64,000 nucleotides of DNA from Candidatus Nomurabacteria bacterium (GCA_026395965.1 JAPLXS010000006.1:233165-297164), one strand, 5' to 3'. Positions 1 to 10,192 are shown, counted from the first letter of the stretch. Numbers and translations are program-made. Notes: generated by a model not told the origin, from the sequence alone.

Positions 1-2
1 GA

Positions 3-1118
3 TTGAGACTACGTCTAGATGGAGTGTTGCATGAAGTTATAGAACTTCCTCCTTTTGTTCACAAATTTATAAACTCTAGAATAAAACTTATTTCTGGATT
101 AAAAATTACAAATTCTGCTATTGCACAAGATGGTCGTTTTAGTATATTTCTTGATCAAAGTGAAATCAGTCTTCGTGTTTCTATAATGCCTGGTGCTTAT
201 GGAGAGTCTATAGTAATGAGAATCCTTAACCCAAAATCAATCCGTGTAAAACTTGAAGATATGGGTATTGAGGCAAAATTGTTTGAGATTTTTATGAGTG
301 AGATAAAAAAGCCAAATGGTCTTATCCTTCTTACTGGTCCAACTGGATCTGGTAAAACTACAACTCTTTACTCTTTTTTACAAAGAATTTATTCCGAGGA
401 AATAAAGATTATTACAATAGAAGACCCTATCGAATACCACCTGCCGGGAATATCACAAACTCAAACTGACGATGAAAAGGGATATACATTCGTAGAAGGA
501 CTACGCTCTGCACTCCGCCAAGACCCTGATGTTATCATGGTCGGAGAAATCCGTGATGCAGAAACCGCCAAAACAGCAGTAGAATCTGCTCTTACTGGTC
601 ACTTGGTTTTCTCTACTCTACACACAAATAATGCTGCTGGAGTTATTCCTCGTCTGATAGACCTAGACATAAACCCTAAAACTTTAGTATCTGCACTATC
701 TTTATCTATTGCTCAAAGATTAATAAGAAAACTTTGTAATGAATGTAAGAAGGAAAAAGAAATTACAGAAAAAGAAACAAATACTATAAACCATGTGATA
801 GAGGCAGCAAAAAGTAATAGCAAAGATTTCTCTACTTATGGAATCGATTTGACTATGCCATTTAAACTATACAATCCTGTTGGCTGTGATAAATGTAATA
901 ACACAGGATTTCATGGACAGATGGGAATTTTTGAGGCTATCTATAACGATGCTGCAATAGAAGCGATAATACCTCAGAATCCTAGTGAGAGAGAAATCAA
1001 AAAAATAGCTGCTCATCAAGGAACTCTAAACATGAAAGAAGATGGTGTTATAAAAGTACTCAAAGGAATAACCTCCTTAGAAGAAGTTGGAAGTGTCGTA
1101 GATTTACTTGAAGAATAA
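3..1118 (+). CDS. pilB: Type IV pilus assembly / type II secretion ATPase, PilB/GspE family, C-terminal part (5' end cut by window edge)
   Basis: Walker A LLTGPTGSGKTTTLYS, GspE-type Asp/His boxes, C-terminal CNECKK...CDKCNNTG zinc-binding segment. Confidence 0.8.
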   Translation: MRLRLDGVLHEVIELPPFVHKFINSRIKLISGLKITNSAIAQDGRFSIFLDQSEISLRVSIMPGAYGESIVMRILNPKSIRVKLEDMGIEAKLFEIFMSEIKKPNGLILLTGPTGSGKTTTLYSFLQRIYSEEIKIITIEDPIEYHLPGISQTQTDDEKGYTFVEGLRSALRQDPDVIMVGEIRDAETAKTAVESALTGHLVFSTLHTNNAAGVIPRLIDLDINPKTLVSALSLSIAQRLIRKLCNECKKEKEITEKETNTINHVIEAAKSNSKDFSTYGIDLTMPFKLYNPVGCDKCNNTGFHGQMGIFEAIYNDAAIEAIIPQNPSEREIKKIAAHQGTLNMKEDGVIKVLKGITSLEEVGSVVDLLEE

Positions 1119-1129
1119 TTTAAATAAAA

Positions 1130-1163
1130 TAAAAACCCCTCGATTAATCGAGGGGTTTTTATT
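1130..1163 (+). terminator. Rho-independent terminator after pilB
   Basis: GC stem aaaaacccctcgattaatcgaggggttttt followed by T-run. Confidence 0.8.
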
Positions 1164-1382
1164 TAAGAAAACATAAATCTCTAAACAATCCTTTGAGAGC
1201 ATACACTTACAAAGTAATATAGGATTACAGGATAGAACCAGTAAATTTAACTAAACCAGTACGTCCTATGCACAGATATAGAGCACGGGGCCGATTGCTT
1301 AGAGATTTATATCCTCTTGATTAAAATGCTATAATAAAACCATAATAAATCTCTTTAAAGAGTATATCATAATAAATTTATA

Positions 1383-2375
1383 ATGTCAAGCCCAAACAAA
1401 ACAAATAAAGATGAGGGATTCTTAGACCAAACATTGCGTCCGGGTATTTGGTCGGACTATATAGGTCAAGAAAACATAAAAGCCAACCTTAAAATACTAC
1501 TCACTGCAGCAGAAGAACGCTCCCACCCTGCTGAACATATACTATTTTACGGACCGCCGGGACTTGGAAAGACTACACTCGCTCATTTAATAGCAAAAGA
1601 AACAAATAGACAAATCAAAATAACGTCTGGTCCAGCTATTGAAAAAGTTGGTGACCTTGCTTCTATTTTAACCAACCTATCCCCAGGAGATATTGTCTTT
1701 ATAGATGAAATACATAGACTAAATAAAATGGTAGAGGAAATACTTTATCCAGCTATGGAGTCAGGTGTACTTGATATCATTATAGGCAAGGGTCCATCTG
1801 CTCGTACAATACAACTAGAGCTCCCCCCTTTTACTCTCATAGCAGCTACTACTCGCATAGCACTTCTGTCCTCACCTCTTCGTTCTCGATTCTCTGGTGG
1901 AGTGTTTCGTTTAGAATTTTATACCAATGATGAAATCAAAAAAATAATAAATCGCTCTGCGAAAATACTTGGGGTAGAACTAGAAGATGAAGCTCTAGAC
2001 GAGATAGCTAAGCGTTCACGTTTTACACCTCGTACTGCAAATTATTTTCTAAAGCGTTGCAGAGACTATGCCCAGGTCAATAAAGCTATACTATCAAAAG
2101 ATGTTGTCAAAAAATCATTGGCTTTACTTGAAATAGACGAGCTTGGATTGTCTTCTTCTGATAGACGAATACTAGATATAATAATTTCTAAATTTAATGG
2201 CGGTCCAGTAGGTTTGAAAACTATTGCTGCAGCTACTTCTGAAGAAGAAGCTACTATAGAAGAAGTTGTAGAACCATACTTAATACAGCTTGGATTACTC
2301 GACCGCACAGCAAGAGGAAGAGTTGTAACAAAAAAAGGTTATGAACATTTGGGTTATGAATTTATAGAAAATTAA
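1383..2375 (+). CDS. ruvB: Holliday junction branch migration ATPase RuvB
   Basis: AAA+ Walker [18 protein letters not shown], Walker [11 protein letters not shown], RuvB C-terminal winged helix. Confidence 0.95.
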   Translation: MSSPNKTNKDEGFLDQTLRPGIWSDYIGQENIKANLKILLTAAEERSHPAEHILFYGPPGLGKTTLAHLIAKETNRQIKITSGPAIEKVGDLASILTNLSPGDIVFIDEIHRLNKMVEEILYPAMESGVLDIIIGKGPSARTIQLELPPFTLIAATTRIALLSSPLRSRFSGGVFRLEFYTNDEIKKIINRSAKILGVELEDEALDEIAKRSRFTPRTANYFLKRCRDYAQVNKAILSKDVVKKSLALLEIDELGLSSSDRRILDIIISKFNGGPVGLKTIAAATSEEEATIEEVVEPYLIQLGLLDRTARGRVVTKKGYEHLGYEFIEN

Positions 2376-2406
2376 GAATTAAGAATTAATAATTACGAAT
2401 TAGGAG
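2371..2406 (+). repeat. Heptamer array (ATTAAGA ATTAAGA ATTAATA ATTACGA ATTAGGA); the ruvB stop codon lies in the first unit
   Basis: 7-nt periodic GAATTAN/TAATTAN tandem units; same family recurs at 11115, 12471, 12579, 19341, 19884, 20286, 58918. Confidence 0.7.
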
Positions 2407-2442
2407 TTTAATACTATGATATACAAATTTATTTTATAATTA

Positions 2443-2531
2443 AAATAATCTTATCAGAGGGGCTTGTGAGCGCGTCGGCGCGAACACTGAACGAATTTTC
2501 ACCAGAAAATTAGTGTACCCTCTGAGAAGAC
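2443..2531 (+). ncRNA. Candidate structured RNA element, copy 1: outer stem TCAGAGGG/CCCTCTGA enclosing hairpins GCGC-GTCG-GCGC and AATTTTC-ACCA-GAAAATT
   Basis: Near-identical reverse-complement copy at 31768-31858 with compensatory changes in both internal stems; same sense as flanking genes. Confidence 0.5.
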
Positions 2532-2562
2532 TATTTTATATTATAAAATTATTAACTTAATT

Positions 2563-3054
2563 ATGAAAATACTATCAATCGATCCTGGTTTTGAAAGAGT
2601 TGGAATAGCTATCATAGAAAAAACTTTCTTAAAGAAGGATTTATTGGTGTACTCAAATTGTTTTAAAACATCAGCAAAGATTCCATTCCCCCACCGACTT
2701 AGAGACATAGGTCTTGAAATTGAAACAATCATAAAAAAATACAAACCCGAAGCACTGGCAATAGAAAAACTATATTTTACTACAAACCAAAAAACTGCTA
2801 TGGGTGTAGCTGAAGCACGAGGAACTATAATATATGTATGTTCAAAAAATAATCTTACTATTTATGAATACACACCTCCACAAATAAAAGTTGCTGTTAC
2901 GGGATATGGTAAAGCTACAAAGAGTATGGTGATGTCTATGGTTCCAAAACTTATAGATATGAATGCCGATATAAATTCAGACGATGAGATAGATGCTATC
3001 GCTATAGGGCTCACTTGTCTTGCTTGTGAAAATGCAGATTTTGTAAAAAAATAA
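2563..3054 (+). CDS. ruvC: Holliday junction resolvase RuvC
   Basis: N-terminal MKILSIDPGFERVGIAI RNase H-like motif, size 163 aa, adjacent to ruvB. Confidence 0.9.
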   Translation: MKILSIDPGFERVGIAIIEKTFLKKDLLVYSNCFKTSAKIPFPHRLRDIGLEIETIIKKYKPEALAIEKLYFTTNQKTAMGVAEARGTIIYVCSKNNLTIYEYTPPQIKVAVTGYGKATKSMVMSMVPKLIDMNADINSDDEIDAIAIGLTCLACENADFVKK

Positions 3055-3112
3055 AATAAGCCGTATTTAAAAGATTATATTGAGTATATTCAATATTTAT
3101 ATTTTATCGGGT

Positions 3113-3121
3113 TTATCCACA
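3113..3121 (+). promoter_or_regulatory. Isolated perfect DnaA box TTATCCACA
   Basis: Exact consensus 9-mer in ruvC-downstream intergenic region. Confidence 0.4.
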
Positions 3122-3188
3122 AACAAAAATGTTGCAAAGAAAATTATATTTTGATACAAATAGTAAATTATAATTTTATTTTAAATTT

Positions 3189-3386
3189 ATGAGTTATCTT
3201 GATGATGAAGAATTAAAAATAGGTATTGATGGAGAGGAAGAGGAAGACCTTGAAGAAAGTGATTCCGATGAAAATTTCCACGACTTACTTGATAGTGATA
3301 ATGACCTAGAATTAGACGACGCAGATGAGGAGGAAGAAGACCTCTTTGGTGATGAAGTCAAAGGACTAGAAGAACCAGAACTATAA
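3189..3386 (+). CDS. Small highly acidic protein (65 aa, about 50% D/E)
   Basis: ORF followed by strong terminator; composition DDEEL...EEEEDLEESDSDE...DDADEEEED. Confidence 0.4.
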   Translation: MSYLDDEELKIGIDGEEEEDLEESDSDENFHDLLDSDNDLELDDADEEEEDLFGDEVKGLEEPEL

Positions 3387-3391
3387 TAAAT

Positions 3392-3424
3392 AAAACCCCG
3401 ACACTATGTCGGGGTTTTATTTAT
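3392..3424. terminator. Bidirectional rho-independent terminator (acidic ORF on +, tyrS on -)
   Basis: aaaaccccgacactatgtcggggtttta with flanking A/T runs. Confidence 0.8.
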
Positions 3425-4620
3425 ATAATATTTATCTTACAAAATCTTTTTTTGCCGATTCTGTATACTCCTTGTTTTGCTGTATCTGTATACAAAGAAA
3501 CTTTTTCGTCTAGGTCTAGGTTTGTTACTGCGCCGGCCTCCACCAATCTACGAAATTCTCCTTTTGAATCAACTATTTTATTTATTAAAAATATATCTAT
3601 TAAACTCTCATCCTTTTTTACTGATATGTTTTCAACATTATCTGGAATTTCTTTTTTAGAGAAAGTATTTTCCCAGTTTTCTTTTGCTTGTTTTGCTTTT
3701 TTTTCTCCGTGGTATATAGATATCGTTTCTTCTGCTAGTCTCATTTTTAAATCACGGGGATTAACAGAGTTCAAGGAAAGTTCATTTGCCATATCTTCTA
3801 TCTCTGACATTGTTGTATTAGTACAAAGCTCAAATCCTGGCACTATCATTCCGTCTGTCCAGCTCATAATCTTTCCATACATCTCTTCTGGTGTATCTGA
3901 GAAGGCTATCATATTGCCTTCTGTTTTACCCATCTTTTTTCCAGAATTATCTTCGAGAAGTTTTATAGTTATTACAAACTTTTCTTTATTTTTTATTGTC
4001 TTCATTAGATCGCGACCACAAAGCATATTGAATGTCTGATCGTTACCTCCAACCTCTCCATCTACATTCATGGCAACAGAATCGTAGGCTTGCATAAGAG
4101 GATACATGAATTCATTTATGTATATTGGTTTGCCTTCTTTTATTCTTTTATCAAACATATCTCTTTCCAGCATTTGCTGGACTGTCATTTGTGAAGCAAG
4201 TGAAAGAACATCTTCAAAATTCATTTTACTGAGCCATTTTGAGTTAAATTTGAATTGGGCAGCATTTTTACCACTAAAAGACAAAAAAGTACTAGCTTGT
4301 TTTTTGTAATTCTTTAGGTTGGCCATTACTTCTTTTTTTGTAAGTTGTTTTCGTGCTGCACTTTTGTCTGTTGGGTCGCCTATCATTGCGGTAAAGTCAC
4401 CCATCAATAAGATAATCTTGTGTCCAGCTTTTTGGAATTCACTTAGTTTTTTAATTGGGATTGCATGACCAAGATGAAGTGTTGGTCCAGTAGGATCTAT
4501 TCCTAAATATATCGTTAGTTTTTCTCCGCGATTCATTTTACTTAAAATAAAATCCTTGGATGGATAAGCAGCAGAAATACCTCTAGTTAATAGGTCATCG
4601 TTTTTTGTATTGCTATTCAT
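3421..4620 (-). CDS. tyrS: Tyrosyl-tRNA synthetase with C-terminal S4 domain
   Basis: HIGH motif PTGPTLHLGH, KMSKS-like KKMGKTEGN, C-terminal S4-like segment. Confidence 0.9.
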   Translation of the reverse strand: MNSNTKNDDLLTRGISAAYPSKDFILSKMNRGEKLTIYLGIDPTGPTLHLGHAIPIKKLSEFQKAGHKIILLMGDFTAMIGDPTDKSAARKQLTKKEVMANLKNYKKQASTFLSFSGKNAAQFKFNSKWLSKMNFEDVLSLASQMTVQQMLERDMFDKRIKEGKPIYINEFMYPLMQAYDSVAMNVDGEVGGNDQTFNMLCGRDLMKTIKNKEKFVITIKLLEDNSGKKMGKTEGNMIAFSDTPEEMYGKIMSWTDGMIVPGFELCTNTTMSEIEDMANELSLNSVNPRDLKMRLAEETISIYHGEKKAKQAKENWENTFSKKEIPDNVENISVKKDESLIDIFLINKIVDSKGEFRRLVEAGAVTNLDLDEKVSLYTDTAKQGVYRIGKKRFCKINII

Positions 4621-4687
4621 AGCTATACTTTACCACATAAATATATCTTTGTCCGCAAAAACAAATATTATGATATGATATCAGAAT

Positions 4688-7189
4688 ATGAGAAAACATA
4701 TCAAAAAATTCAATATTAAAAACATTATTTTAGTTATTTTAGGGATTGGTCTACTTTTTACTGGTATTCTGATTGCTTGGATTAGTACACTACAATTACC
4801 AGATTTTAAATCTTTTACTGAAAGAAAAATTCAGAGCTCGTCAAAAATATACGATAGAACTGGAACTATTTTGCTCTACGATGTACATGAAAACATAAAA
4901 AGAACTGTTATCCCTTATGAGCAAATGGGTGTTAATATTTTAAACGCAACAGTTGCAATAGAAGATTCTGAATTTTACCAACACAATGGTATTCGTATTT
5001 CATCTATAATCCGTGCGACTATTTGGACAAAATTAACAGGCAAAAAAGTTCAAGGTGGGTCAACTATAACTCAACAACTAATTAAAAATACTCTTTTAAC
5101 ACCTGAGTTGTCTATAACCAGAAAAGTAAAAGAGTGGATGCTGGCTCTTAAGTTGGAAAAAGTTATGACTAAAGACGAAATCCTTGCTCTTTATTTAAAT
5201 GAAGTTCCATACGGAGGAAATATATACGGTATAAAAGAATCTTCTATCGCTTTTTTTGGTAAAAATCCAATAGATTTAACACTAGCTCAGTCCGCATATC
5301 TAGCAGCTATTCCAAATGGTCCAACTTATTATTCTCCATATCGTAAAAATAAAGACAAACTCGATGAACGTAAAAATTTGGTATTAAAAAGAATGCTAGA
5401 TTTAGGTTTTATAAAAGAAGATGAATACAACAAAGCAAAGAATGAATTGGTTACATTTTTACCAGAACAACCTATGCACATAGCGGCACCTCATTTTGTT
5501 TTTTATATTAAAGATTATTTAGAAAATAAATATGGTGTTGATGCTCTTGAGGGCGGGGGTTTAAAAATAATAACTACACTAGATTACAATCTACAGAAAA
5601 AGGCTGAGGAAGTGGCACTGGTTAAAGCAAGAGAAAACGAAAAAAATTGGGATGGTAAAAATGCGGCAGTTGTTGTTATAGACCCAAAAACTGGGCAGAT
5701 ACTTTCTATGGTTGGTTCTAGAGATTATTTTGATAAAACAACTGATGGGAATTTTAATGTGGCAACTGCTTCTAGACAGCCTGGTTCTTCGTTTAAACCT
5801 ATAATATATTCACTTGCTTTTGAAAAAGGTTATACAGAAAAAACAACACTATTTGATGTTAAAACTGAATTTAATAGTTCTTGTGACCCTTCAGCATCAT
5901 CAAATTCAACTACTTGTTATTCACCAGATAACTATGACAATGCTTTCCGTGGTCCCATGACACTAAGAGATGCTCTTGCTCAATCTATAAACGTTATAGC
6001 TGTAAAACTTCTATACCTAGTTGGTGTTTCAGATGCTATTAAACTAGCCCATAATTTAGGTATAAGTACTTTAAAAAATGACCCCAATTTGTATGGTTTA
6101 ACTCTTGTTATTGGAGGAGGAGAAACAACCCTACTTGATATGACTTCTGTTTATGGAGTTTTTGCAAATAATGGTATTAAAAACCCAACTACTGGAATAA
6201 TATCTGTGGAAGATGGATCTGGAAATATACTAGAAAAAACTGAGCTTGCTTCTCAGCAAATAATAAAACCAAATACAACACATATTCTTTCTAGTATATT
6301 GTCTGATGATGCAGCGAGAACTCCTACTTTTGGAGCACATTCAATATTAAACATACCAGGCAGAGAAGTCGCAGTTAAAACAGGTACAACAAACAACAAC
6401 AAGGATGCATGGACTATTGGATATACGCCTTCTGTGGCTGTTGGTGTGTGGGTAGGTAACAATGACAACAAACCAATGAAAAAAGGTGGTGCAGCTCTTG
6501 CTGGGCCCATATGGAATGCTGTAATGTCCGAAGCACTAAAAAACCTACCAGTAGAATCTTTTGAGAAACAAGAACCTATAGACCAAACAATCCCACCTAT
6601 TCTTCGTGGTTTTTGGCAAGGTGGAGAAACTTTCACAATTGATTCTATATCTAATGGATTAGCAACAGAATACACTCCAGAAGAACTAAAAAAAGAAACA
6701 TCTATAACCAATGTTCATACTATTTTATATTGGATAAATAAAAACAATCCTCTTGATGCATTTACATCACCACAAAAAAATGACTCACAGTTTAAAAACT
6801 GGGAGTACGGTATACAAAAATGGTGGAATATAAATAGTTCTAAATACAAAACAGTAACTTCATCTGATATACCAAACACAGTAGACAACATACACACATC
6901 TCAATCAAAACCCACTTTTGAAATAAGTGGAATTGAAAACAAAATATATAAAAAAAATGAGACTATAAATATTTCTGTTTCTTCATCAAACAAAAATCCT
7001 ATTGTAAAATTAGATGTTTTTATAAACAATACATATTTAACATCAATAAAATCGTACCCTCTTTCAACATCATTTATTCCAAACAACATAAACGATATTT
7101 CTACTTTAAATACTATACGTGTTATTGGTGTAGATAATTTTGGAAATAAAGGTGAGCAAAAAATATCTTTTAGCGTAGAAAATAACTAA
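4688..7189 (+). CDS. Class A penicillin-binding protein (glycosyltransferase GT51 + transpeptidase) with C-terminal Ig-like extension
   Basis: N-terminal TM, GT51 motif EDSEFYQHNGI, transpeptidase SGSSFKP (SxxK), SRD, KTGTT. Confidence 0.9.
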   Translation: MRKHIKKFNIKNIILVILGIGLLFTGILIAWISTLQLPDFKSFTERKIQSSSKIYDRTGTILLYDVHENIKRTVIPYEQMGVNILNATVAIEDSEFYQHNGIRISSIIRATIWTKLTGKKVQGGSTITQQLIKNTLLTPELSITRKVKEWMLALKLEKVMTKDEILALYLNEVPYGGNIYGIKESSIAFFGKNPIDLTLAQSAYLAAIPNGPTYYSPYRKNKDKLDERKNLVLKRMLDLGFIKEDEYNKAKNELVTFLPEQPMHIAAPHFVFYIKDYLENKYGVDALEGGGLKIITTLDYNLQKKAEEVALVKARENEKNWDGKNAAVVVIDPKTGQILSMVGSRDYFDKTTDGNFNVATASRQPGSSFKPIIYSLAFEKGYTEKTTLFDVKTEFNSSCDPSASSNSTTCYSPDNYDNAFRGPMTLRDALAQSINVIAVKLLYLVGVSDAIKLAHNLGISTLKNDPNLYGLTLVIGGGETTLLDMTSVYGVFANNGIKNPTTGIISVEDGSGNILEKTELASQQIIKPNTTHILSSILSDDAARTPTFGAHSILNIPGREVAVKTGTTNNNKDAWTIGYTPSVAVGVWVGNNDNKPMKKGGAALAGPIWNAVMSEALKNLPVESFEKQEPIDQTIPPILRGFWQGGETFTIDSISNGLATEYTPEELKKETSITNVHTILYWINKNNPLDAFTSPQKNDSQFKNWEYGIQKWWNINSSKYKTVTSSDIPNTVDNIHTSQSKPTFEISGIENKIYKKNETINISVSSSNKNPIVKLDVFINNTYLTSIKSYPLSTSFIPNNINDISTLNTIRVIGVDNFGNKGEQKISFSVENN

Positions 7190-7193
7190 AAAA

Positions 7194-7457
7194 TTATTTA
7201 ATATCTGTGAAATATATATCTACTAAAATATCTTTTAGTTTTGAAAGTATTTGTTTTTTGTGAATCATAATCTCGCTTCTTAGAATTGGAGATCCTTGTA
7301 TATAAATACAACCACCTTTCAGTTTTATTTGATCACTATCTATAGGGTGTCGTATTTCTTCTGATATTGTTTTTATAACAATATTTTTAGTGTCTTCTTT
7401 TTGATTAATTAATTTTTTAAATTTTTCTAAAAAATTAGATATTTGATTATAATCCAT
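7194..7457 (-). CDS. Small DUF721/DciA-like protein downstream of dnaN
   Basis: 87 aa, position immediately after dnaN as is typical for DciA/DUF721; weak motif similarity only. Confidence 0.4.
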   Translation of the reverse strand: MDYNQISNFLEKFKKLINQKEDTKNIVIKTISEEIRHPIDSDQIKLKGGCIYIQGSPILRSEIMIHKKQILSKLKDILVDIYFTDIK

Positions 7458-7486
7458 TTGTGAAAAATTCTTAATTATTAATTACT

Positions 7487-8584
7487 CTATCTATTCATTG
7501 GCATAACTAGATACATAAAAGATGGGTCACCCACCCCTTTTATAATCATTGGTTTGTTGTTTCCATTTAATTCAATACTTAAAGAATCACCAGTAATAGA
7601 TTGAAAACAATCTAAAATATATTTGTAATTAAAGTTGGCCGAAACATTATCACCAGAAAGAGCTCCTGATATAAGTGTTGTATTTTCACCAACATCTGTG
7701 TTTTTAGATTCTATCTCAAAAACTTTTTCACTAGGTTTAATAGTTAAAACTACTTGGTTAAATTTATCTGAAAATATATTTGAAATCTTTAGTGATGAAA
7801 TAAAATCTTGTTTTAAAACAACTGATTTTGTTGTAGGGTTTTTAGGTATAATTTGTTTATAATCTGGAAAACTACCATCAACAACACGAGAGGTAAGATA
7901 AATATTTTCTACAGAGAAAGATATTTGATTTTTTTGTAGTGTTACTTTTAAATCATCTTCTATTCCATCAAAAACTTTTATTATTTCAACTACGTTTTTA
8001 AAAGGTATTAAAATACCACCAAAAGATAATTTTTGTTTAATTTTTATTTTCTTTTCTGCTAAACGAAATGAGTCAGTAGATACAAAGACCAACATATCAT
8101 CTTCAGGATAAATATAAACACTTCCAATTTCTGGTTTTATTTCTGATATAGAAGCACTATAATAAACCGATTTTATACCATCAATAAATTTCTTGTTTTG
8201 TATCAAAAAACTTTCCCCTTCTACTATTGGTATAGTTGGAAAATCTTCATGTAAAATACTTTTAAGTAAAATAGTACTTGTATTTGTTTTGACAAGTAAG
8301 TTTCCATTTATCAACTCAAACTTAACCATTAAATCCCCTTGTAGAATTGAAAACAAAGAAGACAAAATATCACCACGAACAGCAACTATACCTTCTTTTT
8401 CTATTCTTGCTGGTATTTCTATTTCTATCCCTATATTTAAATTTGTGGCTCTAAGTTTCAATGTTTTACCAGAAGCAACCCAAAGAACAGATCCGAGTAC
8501 AGGGAGTGTTAAATTTTTACCAGTTATTCTTTCTACTGATATAAGAGCTTTTTTAATTTTATCTATTGAGCATTCTATTTTCAT
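7487..8584 (-). CDS. dnaN: DNA polymerase III beta sliding clamp
   Basis: 365 aa, three-domain clamp architecture, N-terminus MKIECSIDKIKKAL, synteny with dnaA. Confidence 0.95.
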   Translation of the reverse strand: MKIECSIDKIKKALISVERITGKNLTLPVLGSVLWVASGKTLKLRATNLNIGIEIEIPARIEKEGIVAVRGDILSSLFSILQGDLMVKFELINGNLLVKTNTSTILLKSILHEDFPTIPIVEGESFLIQNKKFIDGIKSVYYSASISEIKPEIGSVYIYPEDDMLVFVSTDSFRLAEKKIKIKQKLSFGGILIPFKNVVEIIKVFDGIEDDLKVTLQKNQISFSVENIYLTSRVVDGSFPDYKQIIPKNPTTKSVVLKQDFISSLKISNIFSDKFNQVVLTIKPSEKVFEIESKNTDVGENTTLISGALSGDNVSANFNYKYILDCFQSITGDSLSIELNGNNKPMIIKGVGDPSFMYLVMPMNR

Positions 8585-8827
8585 AATATTGTTTTGTAGA
8601 TGATATCAATTGTATCCCCTACTCTGTATAACTTATATATTAATACTTACTATTATTACTATGGGTGTGGATATGTGGATTACTTAAATATGTTTTTAAA
8701 ATAAAGGTATTTTTTAAATTATGTTTTTTAGAAATAAAATTAATTGTTAATTACTTTCCGGATTTTAAATAAACGAATATTTTTCCACATTTTTATTTTT
8801 TATAAACACACTTTATCCACATACTTA
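8585..8827. promoter_or_regulatory. Candidate oriC (dnaA-dnaN intergenic) with four DnaA-box 9-mers
   Basis: tgtggatat 8666-8674, tgtggatta 8674-8682, ttttccaca 8781-8789, ttatccaca 8813-8821; AT-rich spacer. Confidence 0.6.
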
Positions 8828-10192
8828 TTATTTAAACATTATTCGAATCTTTTCAATTTCTTGTAATAATGACGGGTCGGTTTTTAGATCAGATTTTATT
8901 TTCAGGTGAGAGTGAATTACTGTTGTATGATCTCTATCCCCCAATTTTTGACCTATCAATGGATATGAGATATTGAAATCTTCACGGAGTAAATACATTG
9001 CGACTTGTCGGGCTCTAACTATTTCCTTTCTTCTTGTTTTTTCGTATATAACTTCTTCGGCTAAACCATAATAATCAGAAACAATTTTAACAATATCTTT
9101 AATAGCAACAGTCTTTTTGGGTCTAATGTTATTTTTTATAAGCATTTTAACCTCAGCTATTGTTAGGGATCTGTTTTTTAATTGAGACTGGCAAATAACA
9201 GTATTTAAACTACCCTCAAGCTCTCTTATATTCCCCTCGAGTGACTCTGCTAAAGAAGCAACTATTTCTGGTTCTATAATACAGTTTGTGGATTCAAATT
9301 TTGCTTTTATAATAGCAACTCTTGATTCGTAATCAGGCTCAACTATTTGTACTGTCATACCAGAAGCAAATCTAGACTGTAGTCTCTCTTCTAACCCTTG
9401 GATAAAATTGGGATGTTTATCTGAAGAAAATATTATCTGCTTGTTACTCTCGTATAAAGTATTAAAAAGATGAAATAACTCTTCTTGAGTCTTATCTTTA
9501 CCAGAAATAAATTGAATATCGTCCATAATGATAACATCATATTTTCTATATTTTTCTTTAAAAGAGTTTGGGTTTTTGTTTTGAATTGAGTTTATGTAAT
9601 CGATTGTAAATCTCTCTAGGCTGACATAATAAATCTTTTTTAAAGGGTAATTTATCTTTATTGTGTTGCCTATTGCCTGAATCATATGTGTTTTTCCTAA
9701 TCCTGTGCCACCATATACAAAAAACGGGTTATAGTTTTGCCCAGGGTTCGATATTATTGCTTGAGATACAGCATATGCCAGCTCATTGAATGGTCCAACT
9801 ATAAAAGAATTGAAATTATATTTTGGGTTTAAATTATCGTCTTTATTTACATATAAATCGTTGAGTGGAAGTTCTTTGTTTATATTTATAGGAGTTTTTG
9901 GGGTAGCTTTTTCTTCGTTCTTAGTTTCAGCGTCGTTTTTGGAATCTTGCTTGTGTATATAGTATTCAACAGCACGAATACTCTCTTCGTTGCTAATAAG
10001 GGTTTTTAAAATAAGTTTATGAAACTTGTTATATAGCCAATCTTTAACAAATTCATTTGGAACCCCAACATGAATAACACCACTATCCTCTTTGATTATA
10101 TAGGTATTTTTAAACCAAGTAGTAAAATTTGCCTTTGAAATACCTAATTCAATTTCAGATAGACATTTATTCCAGAGTTCTTTTGTTTCCAT
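8828..10192 (-). CDS. dnaA: Chromosomal replication initiator DnaA
   Basis: Walker A GGTGLGKTHM, DnaA signature helix-turn-helix VARQVAMYLLRE at C-terminus. Confidence 0.95.
   Translation of the reverse strand: METKELWNKCLSEIELGISKANFTTWFKNTYIIKEDSGVIHVGVPNEFVKDWLYNKFHKLILKTLISNEESIRAVEYYIHKQDSKNDAETKNEEKATPKTPININKELPLNDLYVNKDDNLNPKYNFNSFIVGPFNELAYAVSQAIISNPGQNYNPFFVYGGTGLGKTHMIQAIGNTIKINYPLKKIYYVSLERFTIDYINSIQNKNPNSFKEKYRKYDVIIMDDIQFISGKDKTQEELFHLFNTLYESNKQIIFSSDKHPNFIQGLEERLQSRFASGMTVQIVEPDYESRVAIIKAKFESTNCIIEPEIVASLAESLEGNIRELEGSLNTVICQSQLKNRSLTIAEVKMLIKNNIRPKKTVAIKDIVKIVSDYYGLAEEVIYEKTRRKEIVRARQVAMYLLREDFNISYPLIGQKLGDRDHTTVIHSHLKIKSDLKTDPSLLQEIEKIRIMFK

Noticed and set aside
3189-3386. 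Acidic ORF as an anti-sigma or antitoxin partner
   Set aside because: No cognate partner gene is adjacent, since the neighbours are ruvC and tyrS. It is kept only as a low-confidence CDS.
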